Assembly: GCA_045632305.1 (NCBI GenBank)
Contig: JAZQWL010000032.1
Coordinates: 39,393 to 103,392, forward strand
Reading direction: 5' to 3'
DNA: 64,000 bases
Source of the DNA: Eubacteriales bacterium
GTDB taxonomy: Bacteria > Bacillota > Clostridia > Oscillospirales > CAG-272
Every line of letters starts with the position of its first letter. Position 1 is the first letter of the stretch. The notes below the pieces were generated by a model. It did no database searches, was not told where the DNA came from, and saw only the letters and a list, made by a program, of their open reading frames with translations. Both the position numbers and the translations under genes were made by a program. Shown here in pieces: positions 36,216 to 44,120 of this stretch.

Positions 36216-37307
36216 TCAACATATTACACATACGGGCAAATACCCATATGCCGTAGCGGAAGCGACTGCCTCTGAAATCCCGCCATCAGCAGTAGTTACA
36301 AAAATCTGATGTTTGGTTCCAGGGCACACGCTTCTAAAGAAATGACCCGCGGGCACGGATTTTTTACTTATTCTGTACGAAATATATGCATCATGTCCGT
36401 CACCTCTCGAAATTGCCCCTTGGTTGTCGGTTGCTAATCGCCAATATTCGAATGCCTCTCCTTCGCCTGACACATCGAATTCGACATTCATTTGTTCAAG
36501 AGAAGGGATGAAAAATTTGTCGTATGTAATATCAACGTCGCCGTCAATCACCGTGCACACCTGAACCTTTTTAATGCAACTCAAGAAATCATCCTCAAAG
36601 CCACATAAAAATCCACTTCCAGCTCCGACACCCATGCCCGGCATATTAGACGGGCCGACATCGCCCTCATGCTGGGGCGTCCACCAGCCACTATCGGTAA
36701 CATCGCTATTCAAATACTGACGAATTGCCGAAACACTCCACTTATTATATCCGCTCGACGTTATTTCGCAACTCTCGTCACGTATAGATGTCCGCACAAG
36801 CGTGAAACTCCCCGAAGGGACAACATCACCAACGTTGTAATCGACTCCTTCAACGAACAACCGCCTACCAGTCGCACCGCTTGCGTAATAATAGAATCCA
36901 CTTTCATACGTCATTCCGGGCATCACATATGATCCCTCTCCGGCATCAAATGGAATGATGGCTGCAGGCATATAATGACACTGCAGATACATGCCGGGTA
37001 CCGTTGAACCGTCTTCGAGTTTTACGTTTCCAAAATGAACGACGTCGAACGGCATCTTGTAATAAGATTCATTGTCCATATTCGTCCACTTTACTACTAT
37101 CTGATCTCCGATATCGAACATACTTGCCGCCTTGCCTTCCTGCACCGCTTTCTGTATGTCAGCCCAGCTCATAGCACCCTCGTCAGATGAGTCCGAATTG
37201 GCCCCCCCGGCGGAGATGCCCTTGAGTATTTCATTTTGCTTATTGATCGCCTCAAGGATCTTCTGTCCAGTTTCGTCAAGAAGCATAGGTTTTGTTATTG
37301 TGCTCAT
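36216..37307 (-). CDS. Tail fibre / receptor-binding protein candidate
   Basis: 363 aa. It has a fibre-anchor-like N-terminus (ILEAINKQNEILKGI) and a Gly/aromatic-rich beta C-domain, and it is the last large structural gene before XkdX. Confidence 0.55.
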   Translation of the reverse strand: MSTITKPMLLDETGQKILEAINKQNEILKGISAGGANSDSSDEGAMSWADIQKAVQEGKAASMFDIGDQIVVKWTNMDNESYYKMPFDVVHFGNVKLEDGSTVPGMYLQCHYMPAAIIPFDAGEGSYVMPGMTYESGFYYYASGATGRRLFVEGVDYNVGDVVPSGSFTLVRTSIRDESCEITSSGYNKWSVSAIRQYLNSDVTDSGWWTPQHEGDVGPSNMPGMGVGAGSGFLCGFEDDFLSCIKKVQVCTVIDGDVDITYDKFFIPSLEQMNVEFDVSGEGEAFEYWRLATDNQGAISRGDGHDAYISYRISKKSVPAGHFFRSVCPGTKHQIFVTTADGGISEAVASATAYGYLPVCVIC

Positions 37308-37319
37308 ATAAGCACCTCC

Positions 37320-37895
37320 TTAATTTTCAAGTGTAACGCAGAGCGCTCCATCCACAACAGTGAGCCCTGTTCCGGCAAGCCCCGCGTTAATCTTTGTATT
37401 AGACGTAAACAGAGGTTTTTCGTCTGCGTTGTAGGCGGTTATCACAAGTGATTGAATATCTTCTCTGAAGGAGACCTCAAGTCTTGATATGTCCTTGCCG
37501 CCAAGATCTGATATATCCCGGGAGATGGAATTAATCATCACCTGCAACGGGACAAGTTCATTCGATGCAGCGGAAGGATAAACCTTCAGAGCGCCCTCCG
37601 CAAATTTGCCGTTTCCAAGAGAAGCTATAAGATCGCACAGATTACTTATTCCGAATTCATCCATGCTCACTCGAATATATGCCGCGGCATCATCGCTCGA
37701 CAACGTGTTCTGGAGCTCATTGATTCGCTCAGCAAGATATGTCGCAAGCTTGTCAAACCAAAGCTTCAGCTGATCAGACGAGAGCCCGCCCTCCCCGTAG
37801 CGGCTTGTACTGTTGGGCTTATCTGCCAGAGCTTGTACGCCAAGCTTTGCTATCTGCGCCCTCGTTATATTGTTTAATTTTTTAGTATCACTCAT
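37320..37895 (-). CDS. Tail fibre/needle-like structural protein
   Basis: 191 aa. The N-terminal segment GVQALADKPN...GGLSSDQLKLWFDKLATYL is of a type I recall from Firmicute phage fibre proteins; that is a recollection, not a search result. Confidence 0.45.
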   Translation of the reverse strand: MSDTKKLNNITRAQIAKLGVQALADKPNSTSRYGEGGLSSDQLKLWFDKLATYLAERINELQNTLSSDDAAAYIRVSMDEFGISNLCDLIASLGNGKFAEGALKVYPSAASNELVPLQVMINSISRDISDLGGKDISRLEVSFREDIQSLVITAYNADEKPLFTSNTKINAGLAGTGLTVVDGALCVTLEN

Positions 37896-37898
37896 AGC

Positions 37899-40568
37899 TT
37901 ACTCCTTATATCTTCCTGCGATCTTGTAACGGTATGCGAGATTATAGATGGCGAACGGCTTCATAAACTCATCGGAATATATGAAATACTGCTTTTCTAC
38001 CCATTTCTTTTCCTTTTCGCGTACCGTCGAAAGCCCATGATCCTGGGTATTAAAGGTAAGATCCGCAAAATCAAACGCACCGAATGAAAATCTTCCCGTA
38101 TTTACACGGGAAATCTGCTCATACGGCTTTTTGTTTGTCCTGACCTTTATCTTCAGCGCCGACGAATCAAGCGTTTTCGTCTTAATAACCGTCGATTTCT
38201 TGACGGTGCTCTTGGTAAGATGCGGTATGTCGCAATCGTCCATTTTTGTGGCGCATCCCGAAAAGATCGTGCGGCCGTTAAAGGTATAATACTCGGCAGG
38301 AATCTCACCGTTTTCGCCGCGCTTATCGAAATTGAAGACAAACATACCTCGTCCTGATGCAAAATACAAGTTGTCGTCAATGGCCTTCAAAAAATGCGCA
38401 GGATCGAACACTCCTCCAACCTTAGCTCCTGTCGGTTCACAATAAAGCGCTTCGTATCCAATAAGCTCGCCCGATAAATAGTCGTATACCTCGTGAACAT
38501 TATAAATGACACGCTCTCTTACAATTTCGCCGTTCTCTTCATATTCCACAAACGCTTCATATACATCCGCATGGAAAGACGGTCCATACTGCGTGTTGAT
38601 CTCTTTGTTAACGACCTTTCCTCTCAAATCAAGAGTCTCGTACAGCTCATAATCAAACACCGCATTGGCGATTCTTATTGGAATAGACAGGGGTTTTCCA
38701 TTCGGCTCCTCACAAGCGCAGCTGCCAATCGGCAACTTGCACGTGGCACATACAGAAACGTTCTTGCCCTTAAGATACTCAGGCATTCTCGAAGAATAAA
38801 CATACTCCGCCGCCTGATTTAAATACTCCCCGATTTCCTCAAGGTAATACCACTCATATTGCATAACGCCGCTCTCGTGAACATATCGCTGGCGGCTGTC
38901 TGCCATAAATATCTTACCGTCAATCAAAAGAAGAAGATATCCATTCCACACCTGCAGCTGAGCGCCTGAAAGATCTAAATTTGTAAGCTTAGCATCAACA
39001 AGACTTGAACGGTGCTCAATTGCCCTCTCGTTTCTCGTGGAGAGCTGACCGATTCCCTCAAGGCCGAGCTTCGAGATGAACACGGGATCATCAAGGAAAT
39101 TAGCGCAAGTGCCTACGCATCCAATGCCCGGAAGCCCGGAGGCGGCGGGGTAATGCTTAGGTTGAATATCGTTTCCTGTTAACTGCGGTGTGTGATAATA
39201 AATGGCGCCCCCTTCCTGAGAATCGGCCTTAAGAACCACCAAGGTGTTTGCCACTGGGAGCATGCCTGTTACTGGAACAATTCCCGTACCATCCTGGCTA
39301 TAATTAAGCATTCCAAAATACGTAGGATCAATATATCCTGTTTCGGAATTATTCTCACAATAAAAAATGTGATTAGGTCTGTCCGGGTTTCCTGAAAAAA
39401 ACACTCTGTTGTCAAACACACATGCGAGTGTACAACGAGTAATGTGCGTTGACAAATCAACCTCCTCAAACACACCTGTAGCCCCACGCACCTCGGTTTT
39501 AAAAGTCTTTTTTCCTGTAATTACTACGCCGGCATGACCCTCGGGAAACCCTTCATCCTCGGGCTTTTTGGGAGCCGTGGTAAATGTCACAGATCCTTCG
39601 GCAAGATCAACCGTATATTCCGATGTCTGGATCATTTTCCCATACACCTCTACAGGATAAATTCTTTCCAGCCCTTTTTCATTGAGATAATACTTCAAGG
39701 TTGCTCCGTCAGCAACAAATGTATTCTTAAACTTGGGCTGAAGAATATTTCTTTGCTCGTATTCCTCTCCGGCATCCGATATTTCCGTCTCTCCAGGAAC
39801 AATTTTCCTATAAGTTGTAGGAATATATGCTATATCAAGTACATTTTGAACAGAGACACCGTTATACACCAGATAGTTTTTCCCGTCGAGCAAATACAGC
39901 TTATTATTAAATACAAACGACGTTGATTTCTGTTCGTTCATATCGTCGAAAAGTGGACTATTCAACCAACCTTCATGATATGACAGCCCGATTGTGTCCC
40001 CTTCCGACAGATCTCCTGCGGAAATCACTAAATTCTTAGTAGATGTATTATACGACCAGGTGCCAGATACAAGCATTTCACCGTCAGACTTTTGAACTGC
40101 GAGAACATTATGTACACCCTCGTCAAGCACAATTTCAAACGTCTTAGTCCCGTTTGTGTTTGCACTCTCCCGAGGAAGATTTAGACTCTTCTGAAGTTCT
40201 ACCCCCATTGTTTTCGGGTAGTTGTCCCAAAGATAAAGCTTGTTGCCCATGTGAATAAGAACAGATGTTTTTAATTTTCCACGCCAATCCAACTTAACTT
40301 CGTGAACACCGTAAATAGGATTGGTTGCGAGGTTTCCAGAATACCTGGGAAACTCTACAACCTTTCTGAACCCGGGTATCGTCTCTATTGCCTGACCCTG
40401 CGCCGACTGATAATCCTTATACATGTTGACAAGGTATGCAAATCGGCGCTTGTCGACCTGGGTGTGATCACTCGAAAAGTCTACCCCTCGGAAATTTCCG
40501 TAATAAGCATTGTACTGATCGCCGTCGCCTATAAGATTTTTCTTTTCTCTTCCCATAGATATCACCAC
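37899..40568 (-). CDS. Large tail hub / nozzle-like protein (T7 gp12-like by position)
   Basis: 889 aa, beta-rich, second gene after the major capsid. Alternative ATG at 40556 after GGTGGTGA. Contains a VCATCKLPIGSCACE knuckle. Confidence 0.5.
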   Translation of the reverse strand: MVISMGREKKNLIGDGDQYNAYYGNFRGVDFSSDHTQVDKRRFAYLVNMYKDYQSAQGQAIETIPGFRKVVEFPRYSGNLATNPIYGVHEVKLDWRGKLKTSVLIHMGNKLYLWDNYPKTMGVELQKSLNLPRESANTNGTKTFEIVLDEGVHNVLAVQKSDGEMLVSGTWSYNTSTKNLVISAGDLSEGDTIGLSYHEGWLNSPLFDDMNEQKSTSFVFNNKLYLLDGKNYLVYNGVSVQNVLDIAYIPTTYRKIVPGETEISDAGEEYEQRNILQPKFKNTFVADGATLKYYLNEKGLERIYPVEVYGKMIQTSEYTVDLAEGSVTFTTAPKKPEDEGFPEGHAGVVITGKKTFKTEVRGATGVFEEVDLSTHITRCTLACVFDNRVFFSGNPDRPNHIFYCENNSETGYIDPTYFGMLNYSQDGTGIVPVTGMLPVANTLVVLKADSQEGGAIYYHTPQLTGNDIQPKHYPAASGLPGIGCVGTCANFLDDPVFISKLGLEGIGQLSTRNERAIEHRSSLVDAKLTNLDLSGAQLQVWNGYLLLLIDGKIFMADSRQRYVHESGVMQYEWYYLEEIGEYLNQAAEYVYSSRMPEYLKGKNVSVCATCKLPIGSCACEEPNGKPLSIPIRIANAVFDYELYETLDLRGKVVNKEINTQYGPSFHADVYEAFVEYEENGEIVRERVIYNVHEVYDYLSGELIGYEALYCEPTGAKVGGVFDPAHFLKAIDDNLYFASGRGMFVFNFDKRGENGEIPAEYYTFNGRTIFSGCATKMDDCDIPHLTKSTVKKSTVIKTKTLDSSALKIKVRTNKKPYEQISRVNTGRFSFGAFDFADLTFNTQDHGLSTVREKEKKWVEKQYFIYSDEFMKPFAIYNLAYRYKIAGRYKE

Positions 40569-41482
40569 CCGTCGGAGATTCTGTACGTCACAGGCGCAAG
40601 CTTCTTGATCCTACGTTCGATCTCGACCGCACGCTCCCCGTAAAGAGAGAGATAATAGCTCGCCATCGAGGGCTCGTCCTCAAGCCACACAAAAGAGGCA
40701 ATCAGAAGCGGAAGCAATGTGCAAAGCTCCTCGTCAAGATCTATCACCGTATCGTCACTCGCAGCATCATTTTCAGCATTTAACGACGCGGGCTTTCGCC
40801 TATAATGCACCTTATAGCAACCGCGCATTGAATACGGCAAAAGAATGATACTGCCGTTCTCAACGTCGTATTTGCCGCAAAGTCGCTTATTATTTTCATC
40901 CTCCGAAATGGGAGGAGAATCGAGAGAAAGGAAATCAGGAACGAGAGCCGCAACGTCATATCTCGTATATGGTTCAAATGCCGGGATGTCCTCCTCGCGG
41001 CTCGAATAAAGATCTCTGTAGATCGCAACGTTCTTTACCGAATAGAGATATTCACCGGCAAAAACAAGCCGCACGCGGCCGCTGACAAACTCTCCATCCT
41101 TCTTTATAAACCCTCTGTAAGGGATAAATCTGCGATTAGACGAAAGCTCGATAGCGCCGATGGTTATCCATTCACCGTTCTGAGGATCATCGTCCCAAAG
41201 CTCAATGTATACGATACCGTCCCCGTCCGCCTCAAAATAAAATGCCCTTGCGTCTGCGGCATCAAATATAAGATCTTCCGAACGCTCGATCGGTGAGAAG
41301 GTGTTCGCCATAACGAGATTCACCATTGGCTTATGATTAATAACGTACGTGCTCATAGCAGGGCGTATCGCGCTTACCTGCATGATCGCCCTGTTTGCCG
41401 CAAAATAAAATCTTTCGTCATCTTCGAGGTTGCTCTCAAAGCCGAGCTGAGAGACCTGGTTATAAAGTTCAGATACTCTCAT
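40562..41482 (-). CDS. Head-tail adaptor / tail tubular-A-like protein
   Basis: 306 aa, immediately downstream of the major capsid gene, with SD AGGAGGG. The call rests on position only. Confidence 0.4.
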   Translation of the reverse strand: MRVSELYNQVSQLGFESNLEDDERFYFAANRAIMQVSAIRPAMSTYVINHKPMVNLVMANTFSPIERSEDLIFDAADARAFYFEADGDGIVYIELWDDDPQNGEWITIGAIELSSNRRFIPYRGFIKKDGEFVSGRVRLVFAGEYLYSVKNVAIYRDLYSSREEDIPAFEPYTRYDVAALVPDFLSLDSPPISEDENNKRLCGKYDVENGSIILLPYSMRGCYKVHYRRKPASLNAENDAASDDTVIDLDEELCTLLPLLIASFVWLEDEPSMASYYLSLYGERAVEIERRIKKLAPVTYRISDGW

Positions 41483-41495
41483 ACCGCCCTCCTAT

Positions 41496-42542
41496 TTAAG
41501 CGATCGCGTCTGCGTTTGCTACAGCGCTCTCAGAATTAACTGCGCGAAGGATATGCTTCCAGGTTGTGAAGCCGACGCCGAAACGGCAGTAACCATTCCA
41601 GTAATAATTTCTGTTGTGGTCGTCAACGCCGCTTGTAATATCAAGCTTTACACGGTTGAAGAACATGTTACCAAGGAGGTTCTCGTTTGCCTCGGAGGAC
41701 ATAACCATGATCTCGTCCTTGTCGGATTCCCAGTAATCAAGAACTACGAGAGTCCAGTTACCGTACTGGGTATTGATGTCATTGTAATTGGAGCCCGCAA
41801 CTCTCTCGGTACCGATAACCGCCTTAGCCATAAGCTCAAGATCGGGACGGTTACAAGGAATAACGAGCGTGTCTGCAGTATAACCGAGAACATCGCCGTT
41901 TTCATCCTTGAAGTTACGAAGCTTGTTTGCAAGAAGCGCAAGCGTCTTCTGGAATGTATCAACGTCAGCAGTAATATCACCGTAGAAGTAATTGGACTGT
42001 GTCTGGCCCGCCATCTTGTCCGTGAAATATGTATGCTTGTTGTGGAAGAGAGGAAGCTTGTCGCCGGTTGTAAGATCTACCGTAGACTTATTGAATGTAA
42101 AGCTTGCACCCGTCGCGTTGATAAGCGCCTGCGCTGCGAGCTTGATCTTCGTCTTGTAGTACGCTCTCACGAACTTCTTGGGCTTGTTCTTCATGTTTGC
42201 ACCGATACCGAACTTTGCGTCCTCTGCCATTTCGCGTGTAATCTTGAATTCCTTTGCGAATGTAATGTGAGAGATTGTCTTGTCGTATGTCTTCTGAACT
42301 GTGTCGTCTTCAGCGTTCTCGCCCTCACCCTTTGTCATGAAGGTATCGAAGTCGGATTCGCCCATGATCGTTTCTGCGTAACGGTTAGACTTTTCAACGT
42401 TGAAGAGAACGTCAAGAATAGTCTTTTCCTTCTCGCAAAGATTAGATTCGTTTTCGATGAGCGCCTTGATGGGATGCTCAAACTTGCCAAACATCGGGTC
42501 GTTCTTGCCCGACATCTTGCTGTAGATAATGTTTTCTGCCAT
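41496..42542 (-). CDS. Major capsid protein (HK97-fold candidate)
   Basis: 348 aa, directly after the scaffold-like gene, with strong SD AAGGAG. Size and composition are typical of major capsid proteins. Confidence 0.7.
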   Translation of the reverse strand: MAENIIYSKMSGKNDPMFGKFEHPIKALIENESNLCEKEKTILDVLFNVEKSNRYAETIMGESDFDTFMTKGEGENAEDDTVQKTYDKTISHITFAKEFKITREMAEDAKFGIGANMKNKPKKFVRAYYKTKIKLAAQALINATGASFTFNKSTVDLTTGDKLPLFHNKHTYFTDKMAGQTQSNYFYGDITADVDTFQKTLALLANKLRNFKDENGDVLGYTADTLVIPCNRPDLELMAKAVIGTERVAGSNYNDINTQYGNWTLVVLDYWESDKDEIMVMSSEANENLLGNMFFNRVKLDITSGVDDHNRNYYWNGYCRFGVGFTTWKHILRAVNSESAVANADAIA

Positions 42543-42563
42543 TTCACTTTTCTCCTTTTACTT

Positions 42564-43475
42564 TTAATTGGCTGTTTTTTTATACAAGGCCTGTATTTCC
42601 TTGTCGCTTTTATCAGGGAAGATCTCTCTCCAATACGTCAGATCCGCCTTGCTCATGTTTACGGAATTATCCTTTGAGCCCTTCGGAACTGTAGAACGGA
42701 GATGACTCTTCGACTCATGCTGCGCTTTTTTCTTTACCGCGGTTGCTACGGTGTTTCTTATGCCATCGGGATTTGCCGCGGCATAAGCTTCTTTTGCGGA
42801 AAAGCCGGCATCACGTGCACGCGCAAATTTTACAAGCACGTCGCGCGGAAGCTCGCGTACGTCGCTATATTGCTTTGTCTCCGGGTATGCCGCATGAAGC
42901 TCTGCTATGTCTGCGCGCGCAGTATCCTCAAAGGCCTGTCTTTTTACGCGCTCCTGTTCTGCTTCCTCTGCCTTCTTTTTGGCATAATCCTCGAGAGAAG
43001 ACCCCTCTGCCTCTGCAGCGATCGACATCAATCCCTCGACAACATCGTCGTCCTTGACATTGACGCCCATCTTGGCAAGCGTTTCCTTGCCCTGGGCCTT
43101 AATTCTTCTCAATTCCGCCTCAAGCTGAGCTATACGAACGTCCTTGGAATCAGAAGTATCCTTCGGTTCCTCGGGCTCCTCCCCGTCCGTATTTTCGGCG
43201 TCGGTGTCAGACTCGTCTACATCACTGTCCTCGTCTTCATCCTCGCCCCCGCTCGATTCTTCCCCGCCGTCGGATTCTCCGTCATCATCGTTGTCCCCGA
43301 ACTCTTCGGTAAGGTAATCATCCTCACCTTCATCGAAAACAACGTCGGGGATTATAATGTTCCCGTCCTCGTCGTACTCGAACTCGTCCTCCTCTTCAGA
43401 CTCATCATCAGTCTGACTGTCGGCGTCTTCAAGATCGTCGAGATCTTCATCGAGCATTGCTGCTTCAATTTCCAT
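42564..43475 (-). CDS. Scaffolding protein candidate with about 110-aa polyacidic N-terminal tract
   Basis: Start MEIEAAML at 43475 after GGAGGAAAG. An Asp/Glu-rich tract is followed by the coiled coil IAQLEAELRRIKAQ. The gene lies upstream of the capsid gene. Confidence 0.6.
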   Translation of the reverse strand: MEIEAAMLDEDLDDLEDADSQTDDESEEEDEFEYDEDGNIIIPDVVFDEGEDDYLTEEFGDNDDDGESDGGEESSGGEDEDEDSDVDESDTDAENTDGEEPEEPKDTSDSKDVRIAQLEAELRRIKAQGKETLAKMGVNVKDDDVVEGLMSIAAEAEGSSLEDYAKKKAEEAEQERVKRQAFEDTARADIAELHAAYPETKQYSDVRELPRDVLVKFARARDAGFSAKEAYAAANPDGIRNTVATAVKKKAQHESKSHLRSTVPKGSKDNSVNMSKADLTYWREIFPDKSDKEIQALYKKTAN

Positions 43476-43529
43476 TTTTCTTTCCTCCGTTTTTTTCTCT
43501 GTACCTTGTGCTATACGCACAATAGTTTT

Positions 43530-43649
43530 TTACTTACCGCCTCTGAGGTCGTCACCCTTGACCACATCTGCCTTAGGCGAATTCTTTACGCTGTTAGGCG
43601 CCTTGATAACGCCGCCTTCATTGGTGGCGAATCTGTTATTCTTCGACAT
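43530..43649 (-). CDS. 39-aa ORF with strong SD (MSKNNRFATNEGGVIKAPNSVKNSPKADVVKGDDLRGGK)
   Basis: Hand-translated. GGAGGT lies 7 nt upstream of the ATG, and the ORF sits between a terminator and the scaffold gene. Confidence 0.45.
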   Translation of the reverse strand: MSKNNRFATNEGGVIKAPNSVKNSPKADVVKGDDLRGGK

Positions 43650-43675
43650 AGCCCCTACCTCCTTCTGCAAGATTT

Positions 43676-43729
43676 ATATAAAAAACAGAGCCACGCACAC
43701 GGAAACTGTCTTCCGATAACGTGGCTCTG
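43676..43729 (-). terminator. Strong intrinsic terminator after the Com-like gene
   Basis: 10-bp stem CAGAGCCACG/CGTGGCTCTG (43686-43695 / 43720-43729), followed on the minus strand by TTTTTT. Confidence 0.75.
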
Positions 43730-43753
43730 TCTCTTGGACTCTGGCCTGATGCT

Positions 43754-43939
43754 TTATTTTTCACTTGAACGTTCTCCGTTGGCAACAACCTCCCACAGCA
43801 TGCTGCATCTTCGGCACTTAAAGGTAAGCCCAACAATAAAACTTTCCTTCCTTACGCCTACGCCGCGCACGCGCTCGTTACAATGTGGGCAGATGAGCTT
43901 CGTTATATTCGCCCCCTCTGCGGGAATTATCTTAAGCAT
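43754..43939 (-). CDS. Zinc-ribbon protein, Mu Com-like (61 aa)
   Basis: MLKIIPAEGANITKLICPHCNERV...LTFKCRRCSMLWEVV has two CxxC pairs spaced as in Com-type zinc fingers. SD GGAGGA lies 7 nt upstream of the ATG at 43939. Confidence 0.55.
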   Translation of the reverse strand: MLKIIPAEGANITKLICPHCNERVRGVGVRKESFIVGLTFKCRRCSMLWEVVANGERSSEK

Positions 43940-44081
43940 TGTTAGATCCTCCAAAATAAAGATTTCCTCTACAAGATATATAATAACATAGTTAAAACCT
44001 CAAATTGTCGCAACTTATTGCAGTTTTTTGTAATATTTGTGCATTTTAATGAACAACTCAAATAATTTTGCAACAAATGAA

Positions 44082-44115
44082 ATGCCGAGGTACCCCGTTT
44101 GAGATCTCTCGGCAT
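44082..44115 (-). terminator. Hairpin 6 nt after the giant-ORF stop
   Basis: Stem ATGCCGAG/CTCGGCAT (44082-44089 / 44108-44115); in the minus sense it is followed by TTCATTTGTT. Confidence 0.5.
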
Positions 44116-44120
44116 AAATA

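Noticed and set aside
36219-36230. C-terminal CVIC of the fibre protein resembles a eukaryotic CaaX prenylation box, and the host region encodes a CAAX-protease-family (CPBP) protein at 14668-15741
   Set aside because: Bacterial CPBP proteins are not known to process CaaX boxes, no prenyltransferase is evident, and a four-residue match is expected by chance.
43940-43954. Longer start (MEDLTM...) for the Com-like ORF as given in the ORF track
   Set aside because: The extra codons are themselves the GGAGGA Shine-Dalgarno sequence for the ATG at 43939, so the shorter 61-aa product is preferred.
41553-43991. Two long plus-strand ORFs (374 and 429 aa) antisense to the capsid and scaffold genes
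   Set aside because: The sense-strand genes have strong SDs and coherent protein features. The antisense translations are Leu/Cys/Arg/Val-rich nonsense typical of shadow frames.
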